Assembly (NCBI RefSeq): GCF_018977255.1
Contig: NW_024704742.1
Span: 27,096,001 to 27,160,000, forward strand
Source of the DNA: Callorhinchus milii
Taxonomy: Eukaryota
DNA length: 64,000 nucleotides
Direction: 5' to 3'
Each line of letters opens with the position of its first letter. The first letter of the stretch is position 1. The notes beneath the pieces were generated by a model. That model saw only the letters and a list, made by a program, of their open reading frames with translations, was not told the origin of the DNA and did no database searches. This document shows, in pieces, positions 50,653 to 64,000 of the stretch. A program made the translations under genes and the position numbers.

Positions 50653-52909
50653 TTTATTCAAAAGCAATTCATTCATATGTATTTTTCCTTGTGGATTAGA
50701 GTGGTTTATAAAAAAAACTTGAATTTACAACTGTGTCAAGATTATCTGCAAATGTTTAATTTATGGACCTGAATCATTAAGTACTCTACAGCTCTCTTTT
50801 TGAAGACACTTACTTTTCTGACCCTGAAGCCTAGCTTTTGCTGACCATTACTTGTCTGGAGGATCACATCCATCAGGCTAGTGTGCGATATCAATCCCAC
50901 GAGAATTGATCGTGCAATCTCAGACTTGTTGCTGCTACAAAAACAATGACATTTTTCCCCCAATACATCTTTATAACAAGATTTCTCATTGTAAAAACTT
51001 AGCAAAAAAAATTGCCCTTTTGAATTGAAACCAGATATAATAATCCTAACTTTTGATATAGTGCCTTATCACATTGTCGAGACATCCCAGTATTTTACTG
51101 TGAAGTGTGTTTTATTTTAGTGATTGCGTATTTTGGAGGCAATTGCACACAGAAATATCCCACAACAGCTGGGAAATGAGTGACCAGATATTTCCTCACG
51201 GGTGATTGGGAGGATTGTCCGAGGAAAAGTCACAACAGTCTGTTCAGAACTACCTCTTACCCAATGTTTGTGCTGTTGGATATAAAGTAATATTGTTTCC
51301 AGCAGCCAAATAATTGGGATTGGGAATCCTGATATATACCTCCTAATTTAAATTTCCCGTTGCGTGAGCTGTGCTGAGAAGAGCTCTTTGAATGCCGAAT
51401 TAAATGGTGTTCAATTTTTAATCATATTAATACCATTGCTCCTTCGATATTCTTGGTTGTCCACTTAATTGTCCATGAACTTTAAGGAGTGTGATTTTTA
51501 GGGGAGTTTGCATTGATTCACACTGCTTAATTTAGTATTGTAAAAATGTGAATCAATGAATCATCTGGCTAAGGCTGGTCTGTCTCAGCAGATGAGCTAC
51601 AGAACGAAGCAATTTATTATAATAATAATAATAATCCTTGCATTTGATATAGTGGTCACCTTCCCCCCCCCCCCCCCCACTCCCCCTGGCTCGGTCAACT
51701 GTAAAGCTCTCTGAGACGCCGTCCGATGTGGAGGGCGCTATATAAATCCAAGTTGTTGTTGTTGTTGTTGTTATGATGTCGTTGAGACGTTCAAATTATA
51801 CTGTAAAGTCTCAAATTATACCGTAAAGTGAATTGACTGCATATTTTGTGGAACTTATGATCTATGCTGTGGTTTCTGTGATGATTAGCCACGATTTGTG
51901 CAGCAAAAGTGCAGTATAAACTAGCCAGTAGTGTTAGACTGAAGGTCAGTAGTGATGGAGGCTTGGAGCAGGCTACGCATCTTTCTTTATTAAAATGTGA
52001 CCCAAGGAGAACGAACATGCAGATGAAAACATTTTAAATATATTTATAAAATGTCATCTCAGTTTTATGTTCCAGAATAAAATCAGTCTTCCTTGATTTA
52101 GCTGAACCAAGACTGATTTGCAGGGAAAACACAACCTTCAGTGCTGCCTCCAATGCACAGTATTTCATGGACTTTGATACAGCAGTATTGGAGATACCAT
52201 CTTATGGGTGAGACAAGATCTTATCTGCTTGTTCAGGTGGATGTTAAAGATTAAATGACACTACTTGAAAACAGAAGGAAGCTTCTCCCAGTGTTCTGGC
52301 CAACAATCCTTCAGATAAGTTGGTCATTCACTTCATGGCTGTTTGTGATACAGTGCTGGCTGTTCTGTGGCTGCTGCACTCACCTACAAAATACACAATC
52401 ACGGCGCTTAACGATAAATGCTGTGAAATTTGTTTGTGACATTTTCACACAACAAGCATTATATCAAATACACGTATTACCATTATTATTATTATTCTTT
52501 TGTGTTCAATTTTTGTCTTGTTTGTACATTTCTACCGTTCACTGATTGACTAGATCAGGTGGGTTCAGGAGTGTAACAGTCGACAACGTTGTCAAGTCCC
52601 TCTGCAACTATTCTGAATGAAAGTTTGCATTCCTGCCAGGGGAGAGCATGCATTATGTTCCAGACTCAGGGAAATTTCCATGTGTAGGTGGCATACATAT
52701 GTGCAACTCTCCGTCTGGTTTGAACATTTTTAGGCATGGTGATTATTTTTCACACGTATCAGACACCTGGATTGTCACAAAAATATATTTTTCCACCTGA
52801 TCCCCAATGAAGCATCCATAGACTTAGGTGCTGCATGGACCAACAGAACAGCAATGCTCTCTCCACAGTGCCCCAACAATGCAGTACAGTCTTTACCCTA
52901 AATATAAGA

Positions 52910-53515
52910 AAGCCCACCAAGAGATCAAAAAGAGAGGTTAGGAGGAAATTCTTTTCACAGATGGTAGTGAGAATGTGGAACTCACTAAGAGAAGCCATTG
53001 GTTGAAAGCAGAAGCATAGATGCATTTGAGAGGAAACTCAATTCATATCTGAGAATGGAGGGAACAGAGGGGTTGGAAGAAGGCTAAGAAGGCTAGGGTG
53101 GGTGGAGGCACATGTGGAATAATATAATAATAATCCTTGTTTTTTGATAAAGCGCTTTTCATGTCTTCTAGACATCTCAAAGCGCTTTACAGAATATACT
53201 GTAAAGTGAATTGACTGTATATTTGTGAGTGAAATGCGGCAGCCAATTGCACACAGCAGTGTCCCACAAACAGTCGTGGTTTGAAGTGACCAATTTATGA
53301 TTGTTTTATTTTCTTGAGAGATTATTATCAGGTGTGTGGAGTAAGCAAACTAGCCCAAGGTTTCACCCTGCTGGGAATTGAACCCAGGTCTCTCGCTTGT
53401 AAAGCGAGTACTCTAACCACTGAGCTATAGAACTCCACAAACTATAAACACTGGCATGAACAAGTTGGACTAGTGACCTATTTTGGTGCTGCGGGTTCTA
53501 TGTAATTCTATGTAA
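52910..53515. mobile_element. Plus-strand CR1 3' fragment interrupted by a minus-strand DeuSINE (about 53120-53438)
   Basis: TTTTCACAGATGGTAGTGAGAATGTGGAAC, with the CR1 end TTCTATGTAATTCTATG resuming after the SINE. Confidence 0.82.
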
Positions 53516-53654
53516 TGTCGGTGTTACAGTTTCATTACCTACACTTCCATCCCTGTGGCATCTCTGAGTGATTGTGGATTTTTAATTATTCATAAGGTAA
53601 CAGCAATGTTAGTTGTACCTGTTCTTATAATCATTCTCATTAAAAAAAAAGCCA

Positions 53655-54060
53655 TGTCAGCCTTGCTCAGCTGATAGCACTGTTTTAGGAGGCTGTAAAT
53701 TCAAGCCCCACATCGGGCCTTTGAGCTTACAGTCTAAACTAACACTCAAGTGTAGTGCTAGGGGTGTGCTGCATTATTGGAAGTGCCATTCTTCGGATGC
53801 AATATTAAACTGAGATCCTGTCTGCCTGTTCAGGTGGACGTTAAAGAAACTATTCATTAAGAGAAAAGCGTTTCTCTTGGTGTCCTGATTAACAATCTCC
53901 CAAATAAAATTGGTCATAGCAATTCATGACTGTTTGTGGGATATTGCTGTGCACAACCTGGCTGCCAGGTTTGCCTGCATAATGCACAGTCACTACAATA
54001 AATCCTGTAAAGTGCTTGGAGATGTCTTCCTAATGTGAAAGGCACTATATCAAATGTACA
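53655..54060 (+). mobile_element. SacSINE1-like DeuSINE; other decayed copies at about 26413, 27510, 49345, 52190, 55320, 56150, 57320 and 58395
   Basis: TGTCAGCCTTGCTCAG head, CTGCCTGTTCAGGTGGACGTTAAAGA body, Deu core and tail. Confidence 0.78.
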
Positions 54061-54069
54061 TATGAAATC

Positions 54070-54240
54070 TAATAGGTTCTGGGCAATATAATAGATGCTG
54101 GCAATATAATAGATCCTGGAAATATGATAGATATTGTGCAACATAATAGATAGTGGATATGGTATTCGATCTGTGCTGTGTGATAGATCCTATGCAATAG
54201 ATATTGGGCAATATAATAGATACTGGTCATATAATATCCT
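54070..54240. repeat. Degenerate ~19-bp minisatellite (ATAGATCCTGGGCAATATA-like)
   Basis: About eight diverged units are visible. Confidence 0.7.
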
Positions 54241-57200
54241 AGTGTCATCTCAAAGTTGCAATATACGGTTTGGTTTCAGATGGCATTTATAAACCAGTAA
54301 AACTTTGTTCTTGTGGTTCATGATGTACCTGAGTCCCTTTATCTGTTAATCCATCTGTAATCTGCTTCCAGCCAGCTATTCTCAATGCAAAAAAGGCTCT
54401 GGCTGAAGTGTGATCTTTCTCACCTTGCAATAATCAGTGTTGAAAAATGAAAATACCAGGGAACTGGCACACGGAATGGTCTGTACAGTGAGCAGCTGTT
54501 ACTTTCAGGTGCTGAGCATGAATATGTAGAGAGGTGGGCACGGGTATCTCAGAAGTGGCACTTTGCAGCCATTACAATATGAAACCTGTGTAATAAAGCT
54601 AAATGTTCCATTGGTTTAGGGAGTAATAACTTAGCACCATTGATGCGCATATTTGCTGTTAGCATCATGGTGGTGTCAATTCTAATATTGAGCTCAGTCA
54701 TGTATTCACTGAACATAGAATCACACCCACAGGGCCTACTTCATAACCTCCAATCCATTCATCTTCTGGGTTTGAAGTGTCAAATCTACAGTTATGTTGA
54801 CAATTTACACAGGTCCGCAGAGATGTGCCCTCAGCAATGATTACCACCTTTGGACTCTTTGATTATACACTACTTCAGCGTTGACTCAGCAACATCCTTT
54901 CACCAACTGAAAGGGTGGAAGATTATGCATCATTGTTGCATCATTTAAGCTCCTCTGTTTTCTGCAAGTAGATATTTAAAAGCGTTGTATTGATAACAAA
55001 ATCAATATGAATTAGATAAGTTTAGTGGTGTGAGCAAATGTACATATCAACATATATACATGTAGTATTCTATGCTTAAGACCCCATGACAATGTTGGAA
55101 GAAAGAATGGAGTTTCTTCCAGTGTCCTGGCCAACAATTCTCCAGATAAGTTGTTAATTCACCTCATGGTTGATCGTGGACTTTTGCTGTTGTACTTAGC
55201 TGCAGTGATTACCACCAAATATAGTTGCAACACTTAACATTAATTACTTTTTAAGCTCTTTGAGAAATGTCAATGTCATGAGATGCTGTAAAGGTAAACT
55301 TGAGGTTCTTGGCTGGCACTCCACTATGCTGCATTGTCGGAGGTGCATTCCTTTCAATTAATCATTGAACCGAGATACCTTGTACCTGTTCAGGTGGATG
55401 TTAAAGCACCTTTGCATTGTTCAAAAAAAAATCCCCATGACACTGTTCAAAAAGAGAAAGGTATTTTTCCCAGTGTCCAGGCCAACAGTCTGCAAGATAA
55501 AATTGGTCATTCAAAATTAGTATTTTGAGGTGTCCTCCCAACATGAAAGTTGCTATATCAAATGCAATGCTTATTATTATTATTATAAATGTAAGTTCTA
55601 ATATACCTTTTATACTCAAGAGGGCAATTTCTACATCTTATTTAATTAGATCAATAGTTAATAATAGATTATCAATTAATAATACTTAGCTGTTATTATT
55701 AATAATAGAGTAATAGATTACCATAATGTAATCTCCATTAGTCATTGTTTGGTCCAGTTTGGTATTATTTTAAAATAAGCCTTTTTTTAGAAAAAGAAAC
55801 TTCAGTGTGTTGGATGATACAGTGATAAAGCACATTTAAAATCTGCAGATAAGATGAACTGAATGGCATTCTTCTGAGCTGTAAAGTTCTATCTCAGGAT
55901 TCAATGTACTTTCCAGCCTTTAGATTTCCACGTGAAATGGTAGTTTTGTTGAAATGTCGATGTAACACTGGGACTTGTTTTGCAATGCCTCACAAATCTA
56001 TAATAAAAAATGATCTGATTGGTGATTGTCAGAGTTAGTATTGTTCTGTAAGGGAAACTCTAATTCAACTCATGGAATAAGAAATAAAGAGTTTTTTTTA
56101 ATCTTTTCAATGAGCCAGAAGGGGAACAATAGTCTTTTTAAGTCTTAGCTCAGCTGCTAGCACTCTTGCTTCTGAGTCAGAAGGTTGTGGATTTAACCCC
56201 CACGTTGGGATTTCCAGTTTATAATTCTATAAATGATGTATGCAAATTGGTTGCTGCATTGGCTTGTCAATTGCAGTCATTACATTTTACAATAAATCCT
56301 GTGAAGTTTGAGCTTGGAATACCTTCCTGATGTGAAAGACCCTATATCAAATGCATGTATTATTATTATTAGTATTGTTTTCCAATGAAGTCACTGTGGT
56401 GTGTGGTTTAACTTATTGTGTCATGGAGTGTTTAGTTTAGTCATGTTCTGTGCTTCCTGATCATCATGCAGATTGCTGGAATGACTTACGCATGTAAGGA
56501 TATGTTAGATTAGATTCTGGTTGCTTTTATATGCAGAATAAATAATAATGAATAGTTTAGCACCTTGACGTAAGATTCAAAGTACTTTTTCTTTGCAACT
56601 TTCTCACTGACCTTAGTTTGCAGCTAGTTATTACCAGGGTGATCCCTCTCCGATGACAACAACAACATTTATATAGTGCCCTTCACGTGGTGTAGCATTT
56701 CGGAGTGCTTAACAGTGGCAGAGCTTGACAGGTGAGTATGGTACTTTGGACTGAGCCATTCACTGACAACCATCAGTACCAATCTACTATCATCATGGCA
56801 AAACAACATCAGGGTGAATCGACGCTAATGTTTTTTTTCTCTTGACAAAACAAGGTACTGCATGAAATGACGCAGCCAATAACAGGCTGCAATAATTTAA
56901 TTTAATAATTTAATAATAATGCAATAATTTACACTTGCAAGCAAACTTGAGTGACAGGTACCATTGGGACTCAGACCTGTAACTGTCTAGTTGAGTGACA
57001 GATACTCTACTGCTTGTTGTGTTGGATATCTTAATGGATTTTTTGTAATAAACCTTACAGGAAGACATTATGGAGACACTATAATATGATAACTAACAGT
57101 GAAACAATGCAGACTACTGCATCTGACATTCTTTTAACCTCTCCTGTTGTGTTAGTTCTTTACAGTTGTGGAAGGTCAATTGACTTACGTTGAGTGCATT

Positions 57201-57532
57201 GATTTCTCATGCTCATGTGAAAGAAAGAACTTGCGTTTTTATGATATCTTATGTTAAAATGTTTCAAATTCTTCACGCTAATTACCGTCAAAAGTAGTGA
57301 CTTTTTATATGCATGCAAACGCAGCAGCGATTCTGTGCACAGCAAGCTTCTGGCAGATAACCAGGACGTAAATGATCAATTAATCTGAAGGAATCTTGTT
57401 GTCTGGGACACTGGTAAATTTCCTTCTCTTTCAAATGATGTCATGGGATTTTTAACATCCTGAAACATAGGCAGATGCCACATCGGATTAATATCTCATT
57501 TTAAAGACAATGCAGCAATCCTTTGTTTTGAT

Positions 57533-58095
57533 TGATCAGCCAGGTGTCCGACACGTGCGGAAACCCATCAAAATGCTTAAGCATAGTCAATTAAATTGAG
57601 AATTCCATGCAATCCACTTACACGTAGAAACTCTAGAGTTAAATTATTGGAATGGAATGTGCACTCCCTGGAGGGATACATCCTGCTTACCTAATTCCAG
57701 AAGGTACAGGGCAAGATAACAAAAACAACTTGCACTTATTTAGCGTCCTCCACGCAGAGTAGCATCTCAGAGCGCTTAACAGTGGCGGGAGCCTGACTCC
57801 GAGCGGGAGGTGGGGGGTAGGAAGAATGGGGTCAAAAAGGAACTAAAGCTTGGGTACTCTCAAGCATGCGCTGGAGTCGAAGCAGCTGGACCGCATAGCC
57901 TGCCATTGAGAGCACTGTCTGGCTGTTTGTCTAGCCAAAACCATCCTACCCAAGTGACTGGTTCTTCCAAGTCCTATTGATGAGCCAGGCTGTCTGTGCT
58001 GTCATCAGCAGTACCCTGGAGTACCTTTGGACCCTCGTGGCTCAGGAACTGGATTACCGAGACCACCACTGAGGGCTGGCTCAATTCCGACATTC
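57533..58095 (-). mobile_element. Copy of the unclassified repeat, split by an L2 family A tail (about 57715-57830)
   Basis: Collinear with the 45145 copy on both sides of the insert. Confidence 0.75.
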
Positions 58096-58829
58096 CCTCA
58101 ATACTGCATTTAAGTGTTATGTTAGATCGTGTGCTCCAGTCCTGAGAGATCAGGAAGAGATTATGGACAGGTTATTGTGAATGTCACACTGTACTGCTGC
58201 CAGATTGATCCCAATCCCAGAGAGGATTGACAAAAAGGATTAGCTCAACTGGAAACCTAAGTTTGGATTTAGGAACTTGGTTTACCTCTTTCTGCTCATC
58301 GGGTTGAGGACGCCAGTGATGAGGTCTAAAAAAAACCTGACCTGTGAAAAGGCTATTTAGCTCCCTCTCCCTCCACAGTTTATATAATTAGACTAGCTCA
58401 GTTGGTAGCACTTTGCCCTATTAGTCTGAAGATCGTGGGTTCAAGCTCATCATTGGAACTTTGAGCTCCTAGTCTAGGCTGATATCCCAATTTAATGCTG
58501 GGAGGGTGTTACATTGATGCAGGTGATGGCTTTTGGTTTCCCCCTTGTAAAGTGCAATGTTCAATCGCTCTGAGATGCTACCCTGGTGAAGGACATTATA
58601 TAAATGCAAGTTATTGTTGTTTTTGTTGTAATCACAAAATATTTTGAAGTCAAAAACAGAAGCAAATAGTACATAGCAGTGTCGTGCAAATAGTTAATGG
58701 GAGTTCCTGCCTGTTCAGACCCATTAAAGATCCAACGATAAGATTGATAAAGAGAAGGAAGTGCCTTCAAATTGCCATGCTTGGCAATGGGATGTCAAAA
58801 TTGAGCCAGCTCGCTGTGCTAGTCTTGAT

Positions 58830-60530
58830 AACAACAGCAAGAACAAAATTACATTTATAGAGCGCCTTTCACGTCGGGAGGATGTCCTAAGGTGCTGGAC
58901 AGTCCGGGATCAGGACCCGAGCATGGGGGTGTAGGGGTGAGGGAAGGCAGCGAGGTGGGAGGGCAACCAAAGGCACAATTGAAGAGGAGGGTCTTGAGGC
59001 CGGCCTTGAAGGAGGCAAGGGAGGAAGCGAGGCAAAGGGACTGTGGGATGGAGTTCCAGAGTGTGGGGGCAGAGAGGCTGAAAGCCCGGCCACCAATGGT
59101 AGGTTGGGTCGGGCAGGAGACATGGAGCAGGCCAGAGCCCATTGAACGGAGGGAGTGGGCAGGTTGGTAGGGAGTCAGCAGATCAAAGAGGTAGGAGTGG
59201 GAAAGGCCATGGATGGCCTTGAAAGTGAGGACGAGGATCTTGAATTCAATCTTCTGAGGGATAGGGAGCCAGTGGAGTTGGGCAAGGGTGCGAGTGATGG
59301 GGTCATGGAGCCTGGTGTGCAAGTGTACAAGAGCTGCAGAGTTTTGGATGAACTGCAGCTTGTGAAGGGAAGAGTTGGGAAGGCCGATGAGGAGGGAATT
59401 TCCATAATGGAGCCTTGATGTGAAGAATGCGTGGGTGAGGGTTTCGGCAGCCTGAGGGGTGAGGCAGTGGCGGAGTCTGCAATGTTGCGGAGATGGTGGT
59501 AGGCAGTGCCGGTCATGGTGCGGATGTGGGGAGAAAGGAGAGTTCAGAGTCAAACAAAACACCCAGGTTCCTGACTGGCTTAGTGAGGTTGAGTGTGCAG
59601 CTGTGGAGGCTGATGCTGCCAGCGCCTGAGATGCGGAGCAAATCAGGAGGGCCTCAGTCTTGCTGACGTTCAGTTGGAGAAAGTTGTCCCTCATCCAGGA
59701 CTTGATGTCGGACAGGCAGTTGGTTTGGACACTAGTAGTCCTGGAGTTCAGGGTAGAGGCAGAGAGGTAGAGTTGGATTAAGTGGTTCACAGTATCCAAG
59801 GCGGCGGAGAGGTCGAAGAGGACGAGGAGGCAGAGGGAACCCTGGTCACACATGATCAGGATGTAATTTGTGACCTTGACCAGAGCAGTTTCCGTGCTGT
59901 GGGCAGCACGGAAACTCGATTGGAGGGGTTCATGGAAGGAGTGGGAGGAGAGGAAAGAGCGGGGAGGCAACAGCTTTCTCAAGGACCTTAGACAGAAAAG
60001 AGAGGTGAGAGCTGGGCCAAAAGCTAGGGAACCTTCAACGGAAAATTTCTTCAAAGTGGGGGTCATGGTGGCTGTTTTAAGGGGGGAAGGAACAGTGCCA
60101 GATGACAGGGAGAGGTTCATGATGTCATCGAGTAGTGGGGCAAGGAGGTGGAACTGGGATTTAAGGAGAGGGGTGGGGATGGGGTCCAGGAAGCAGGTGG
60201 TGAGCTTCATGGAAGACATGATGGTGATGACAGAGGAGGGGGTGACAGGTTCAAAGGTGTAGAAGGAGGGATGGGTAGTGGTCGGAGTGTGGGGTGGGGT
60301 TAGGGAGGGGTTGGAAGTTGGGAGGGCAGTGGCACCGCAGCAGATTCCCTTGATTTTGGACTCGAAGAAGTCCAGCATTTCCTGGCAGTGGGAGTCGGAG
60401 GAAAGAACCTGGGAGGCGTGGTGGGGAGTACGGAGGAGCCGGTTGGTGGTGGAAAACAGGAGCCTGGGGTTGCCCTTGGCCTCCAGGATTAACCTGGAGT
60501 AGAAGGATGATTTGGCCGATAGTCTGGTTC
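58830..60530 (-). mobile_element. L2 family B, 5'-truncated, with the RT catalytic core deleted
   Basis: The 567-aa frame has EPLQSSFRAAHSTETALVKV and DLSAALDTVNH joined directly to QLYLS, so PQGS and YADD are missing. The 3' tail is intact. Confidence 0.93.
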
Positions 60531-60574
60531 CTGAACCAATCGGGTCAAAGTATCCCAAGGTTGGGTTGATAATA

Positions 60575-60955
60575 AACCTGTTTACCTGGCTTATCAGTGG
60601 GACTTGCAGGGCAGACTGGGAGCAGGAATTCTTCCCACTCTGAAACCATTAACCCTGCAAGCCAAAGCCCTAATGGGTAGGATGTCCTAGCTGGAAAAGC
60701 CAACAGTGCTCTCAATGGCAAGCCTAACGTGTCCCAGTGCATTCGCTGGGATCCCCAAGCCTTGGCTCTTACCAATCTGTGATAATACTATCTGGAATTA
60801 GGTAGCAATATGCATCCCTCCGGGGAGAGAGTGCACATTCCATTTCAGAAATTTCCATGTGTAGGTGGTACACATGGAACTCTGTGTGGATTTGCATACT
60901 CTTAAGCATGATGGGTTTCCGCATTGTGCCACACACCCGGCTCACCAAAAAATAA
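60575..60955 (+). mobile_element. Copy of the unclassified repeat ending ...ACACCCGGCTCACCAAAAAATAAAA
   Basis: Reverse complement of the 34885 and 45145 copies, with an A-rich tail. Confidence 0.78.
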
Positions 60956-62649
60956 AATGAAGGAAATTTCTCCTGGGGTCGTGGCTGACGACAAATTTCA
61001 TCTGGATACGTTTGGTCATTTTATTTAATGGATGTTTGTATGACTGCTGTGTGCTATTTGGCTTTTTGTTTTTGACTACAACATGCACAGTCACTTTACA
61101 GGGGGGAAATCACTTTGTGAAACGCTTCAAATCTTTTGGGAACTCCATGAAATGCAGGCAATATTATTACACCAAACGTTAGGGTAAGGAATATTGAGTA
61201 AAAGAGTGAATTACAAGACTGTAATCTTATGAAGTGGATTCTGATGAAATAATAGTCTTCGGCAGCACTGTGCGCATACTTTATAAATGTCGTCTGAATC
61301 CCTGAGGATCTGAGATGCTGTGCTGTGTGAGGCGCCCTTCACACTGAATTGACATTTCCTATGTACAAATTTTCATTATTTTGACTTGCACATTTCCCCA
61401 AAACAGTTCTTCATCAATCTACCTCTCTGACCTGCTCATACCCCACTCCTCTGCCAGCCCATTTCGCTCAGCTAACACAGACCTTCTGTGCTTCCCCGAT
61501 CCTCTGTACCACTATTGGTGGACTTCCCCTAACCTCTGGAATATCCTGCCCCAATTCCTGCACTTCACTCTCTCTTCATTCCGTATTTAAGACTTACCAC
61601 TTCCACCGGGTCTATAGTCACCTCCCCCTACTTTTTCTCCCTTGCTTGGTGTCCAACCCCGCCAAGGTATACAGCACTCTGAGACAACACCCTGTATAAA
61701 GGTTGCTATATAGACGCAAGCTGTTGTTGTAAACAACAGATTTCCCATTAATGAACAGGAAAGATAGCTCACGCTGGTGATTGGTGTGTGATAGATTCCC
61801 GAGAGAATACTGAAGAGTGAAGAAATGTGAAATGTTCAACTCTAATTGTACCACAGGATTCCCTGAAATTTACAGTGCGTAGCTTTGTTTCCAAGTGTAA
61901 TATAACACTTTAGCATTCATAACGCCATAAAGTAATGCAGTCCTGGGATAGTTGGAGGCCATCAATTATTACAGAAATCCATAATATTCCCTTCTGGTTG
62001 TGCTGACGTCATCCATATTTTGACCATCAGTATAGTTTAAACACGATTGTTTCTGAAAAATCTCCATCGACATTCTCTTATCCAAATCCGCTCCATATTC
62101 AAAACATTTTTACTTCTCTCCCAGCAGTGATTATTTTTAGTGAATGTTTTCATTATTTATTCTGATTATTCTGTCAATGACGGAACTGGTTGCCAATGAA
62201 TAACTAACTGCCTTGGGGAAATATGTACGTCAAAATAAAGAGAATTTGCACATAGCAAATGTCAAATCTGAACGGTTGAATTGCTGTATTAAGTTTATTA
62301 CTGGAACTCTGTGAACCATTGGTGTAACATTTAAAACACATTTAGGTCTTTTGTTAATGCAGTAATAAAATTCAATGAGCAGCATTAACATATACGCAAG
62401 GATGGGTACAATATATTTCCAGGTTTATCCTGCTGACAATACTTACAATTTTAGCTAACTGTTTATGGGCTGTAATGTGCATATTTGGCTCAGTGAAGAG
62501 GAAAGACAATATTTGTGGTCTTTGAATTAAATACAGTTGTGGTTCCTTGTGGTTTTGTGGTCACTTCGAGTAAGATGTGCCTCATTAAATGACAGCTAAG
62601 CGTAGAATTTTATCCTCTTCGAGTTAAGATCCTTTGGTCACTCACATCA

Positions 62650-62826
62650 AATAATAATAATAATTTGGTCACTCAATCCATGATTGTTTGTGGGACACTG
62701 CTGTGTGCAATTGGCTGCCGCATTTCGCCCACAAAATATACAGTCAGTTCACTTTACAGTATATTCTGTGAAGTTCTTTGAGATGTCTCAACAATGTGAT
62801 AAGGCGCTAATGCAAGGATTATTATT
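62650..62826 (+). mobile_element. DeuSINE 3' half
   Basis: Deu core plus tail. Confidence 0.8.
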
Positions 62827-64000
62827 TACTATTTGTATTATACATGGTTGTTTGAGGTAAATTGCTGTGCACAAGTACACAGTCACTACACTTTACATTA
62901 TATCCCATGAAGCGCTTTGAAACGTCCTCCTTGTGTGAAAGGCGTTACAGCAAATATAAGGATTATTATTATATAATAAGATGGCTTTAAATGTTGTTGA
63001 GCATTTTGTCTGCCATTTTCAGGTAGGCTACATGTCGCATGTAACATGCAGAATCATAGATCACCATATATGGTTTTATGCTACCATTTATTACTTTGTA
63101 GCATGCTGTAGTTGTCCATAAAAGCATGCGATAAAGGAAAAATGTTACTCTTATATTATCAAGAATGCATATCAATCAGACTCTCCTAATAAAATAGAGA
63201 GTTACCACTGGTAATGGTTGGCAATGAGCTGTGGAAGTCGGATTTCAGTCATTCATAGGCTTGGACACTACGTGGGAAATACTTTCTAGGTATCTGGAAG
63301 CAACAGGTATCCTGAGCACCAGTCTGCAAAATCATAGCTAAATTCCTCCTCCTCATCAGACTGATCAGCTCTGTGGATTGAACCTGTTGGCACTTCTGAC
63401 TCTCGATTTTTCTTTCTTTTTCCATTAATTTTTTTCTCTGCCTGTAAAATAAAAACGCAGACACAGGGCAAAGTAGAGAGATCCCTGCACCAGCACAGTT
63501 ACAGTAGATAATTGTGATAAATGAAGCGAACGATCCATCAGGATGAAAGGCAGAAAGCAAAATCTTTATTATTAACTCCAGCTTGGCAATTCCTTTTCTA
63601 AACTGAAGGAGGATGATATATGGTGCAATCTAAGGCGCTCTGAATGATTAGGGCTTGGGGACGTATAAAACACCTTTCACAACTTTGCTACTTATGTTTT
63701 CACTGACAGCTACTTTCCTGTGGGAGGTACGTCCAAGAGGGACATTGACAAACTATCAATCTCTTGACTACACGAGTAGCCAATACTATAACATTTGTAA
63801 TGTACCTGTTTTTACTCTCACCTAATCTCGTTTAAATTTCCAAATACTATGTTTCCCTTTAGCAGCCTGAGTTGAAGTAACCTCCACAATGCTACCAACC
63901 CACCTTTAGCCAGATAGATGACTTTCAAAGCAGATTGTGACCTCCTTCCTCCAGTGCGCACTTCAAAAAATACAGTAAAACTCGCAGAAATCTTATCTTT

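Noticed and set aside
52080..52119. 11-bp inverted repeat AAATCAGTCTT/AAGACTGATTT
   Set aside because: Too short and isolated to interpret.
58855..60558. 567-aa stop-free ORF as an active or domesticated reverse transcriptase
   Set aside because: It has no endonuclease domain, the PQGS and YADD motifs are deleted at about 59780, and several segments are off-frame. It is a decayed L2 whose frame happens to lack stops.
63286..63441. Possible minus-strand terminal exon (AEKKING...DEEEEFSYDF)
   Set aside because: An acceptor-like sequence is present but there is no recognisable homology or partner exon in the window.

Overview
Repeat-rich vertebrate genomic DNA, inferred to come from a cartilaginous fish because L2 and CR1 LINEs and tRNA-headed Deu-domain SINEs resembling SacSINE1 dominate it. 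Three genes can be read. (1) The first three coding exons of SCLT1 lie on the minus strand (7029-7065, 5365-5432, 2630-2682) and the gene continues off the left edge. (2) A complete five-exon C4orf33 (UPF0462) coding sequence of 200 aa lies on the plus strand (18729-28654). It is head-to-head with SCLT1 across a probable bidirectional promoter that is broken up by five tandem-repeat arrays (about 14050-17350). (3) A CpG island at about 45560-47030 holds a probable first coding exon (46564-46662) of a gene I cannot name, with no recognisable second exon in the next 17 kb. Most listed ORFs are artefacts of repeats or decayed LINEs. I found no clearly new multi-gene system. The best leads are the unnamed gene, a candidate 15-nt SCLT1 microexon, an unclassified poly(A)-tailed retroposon family, a recurrent L2-into-SINE insertion site and the repeat-partitioned promoter with an RFX X-box. 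Gene identities come from recalled protein similarity plus splice and phase consistency, not from a database search. Repeat boundaries are approximate.
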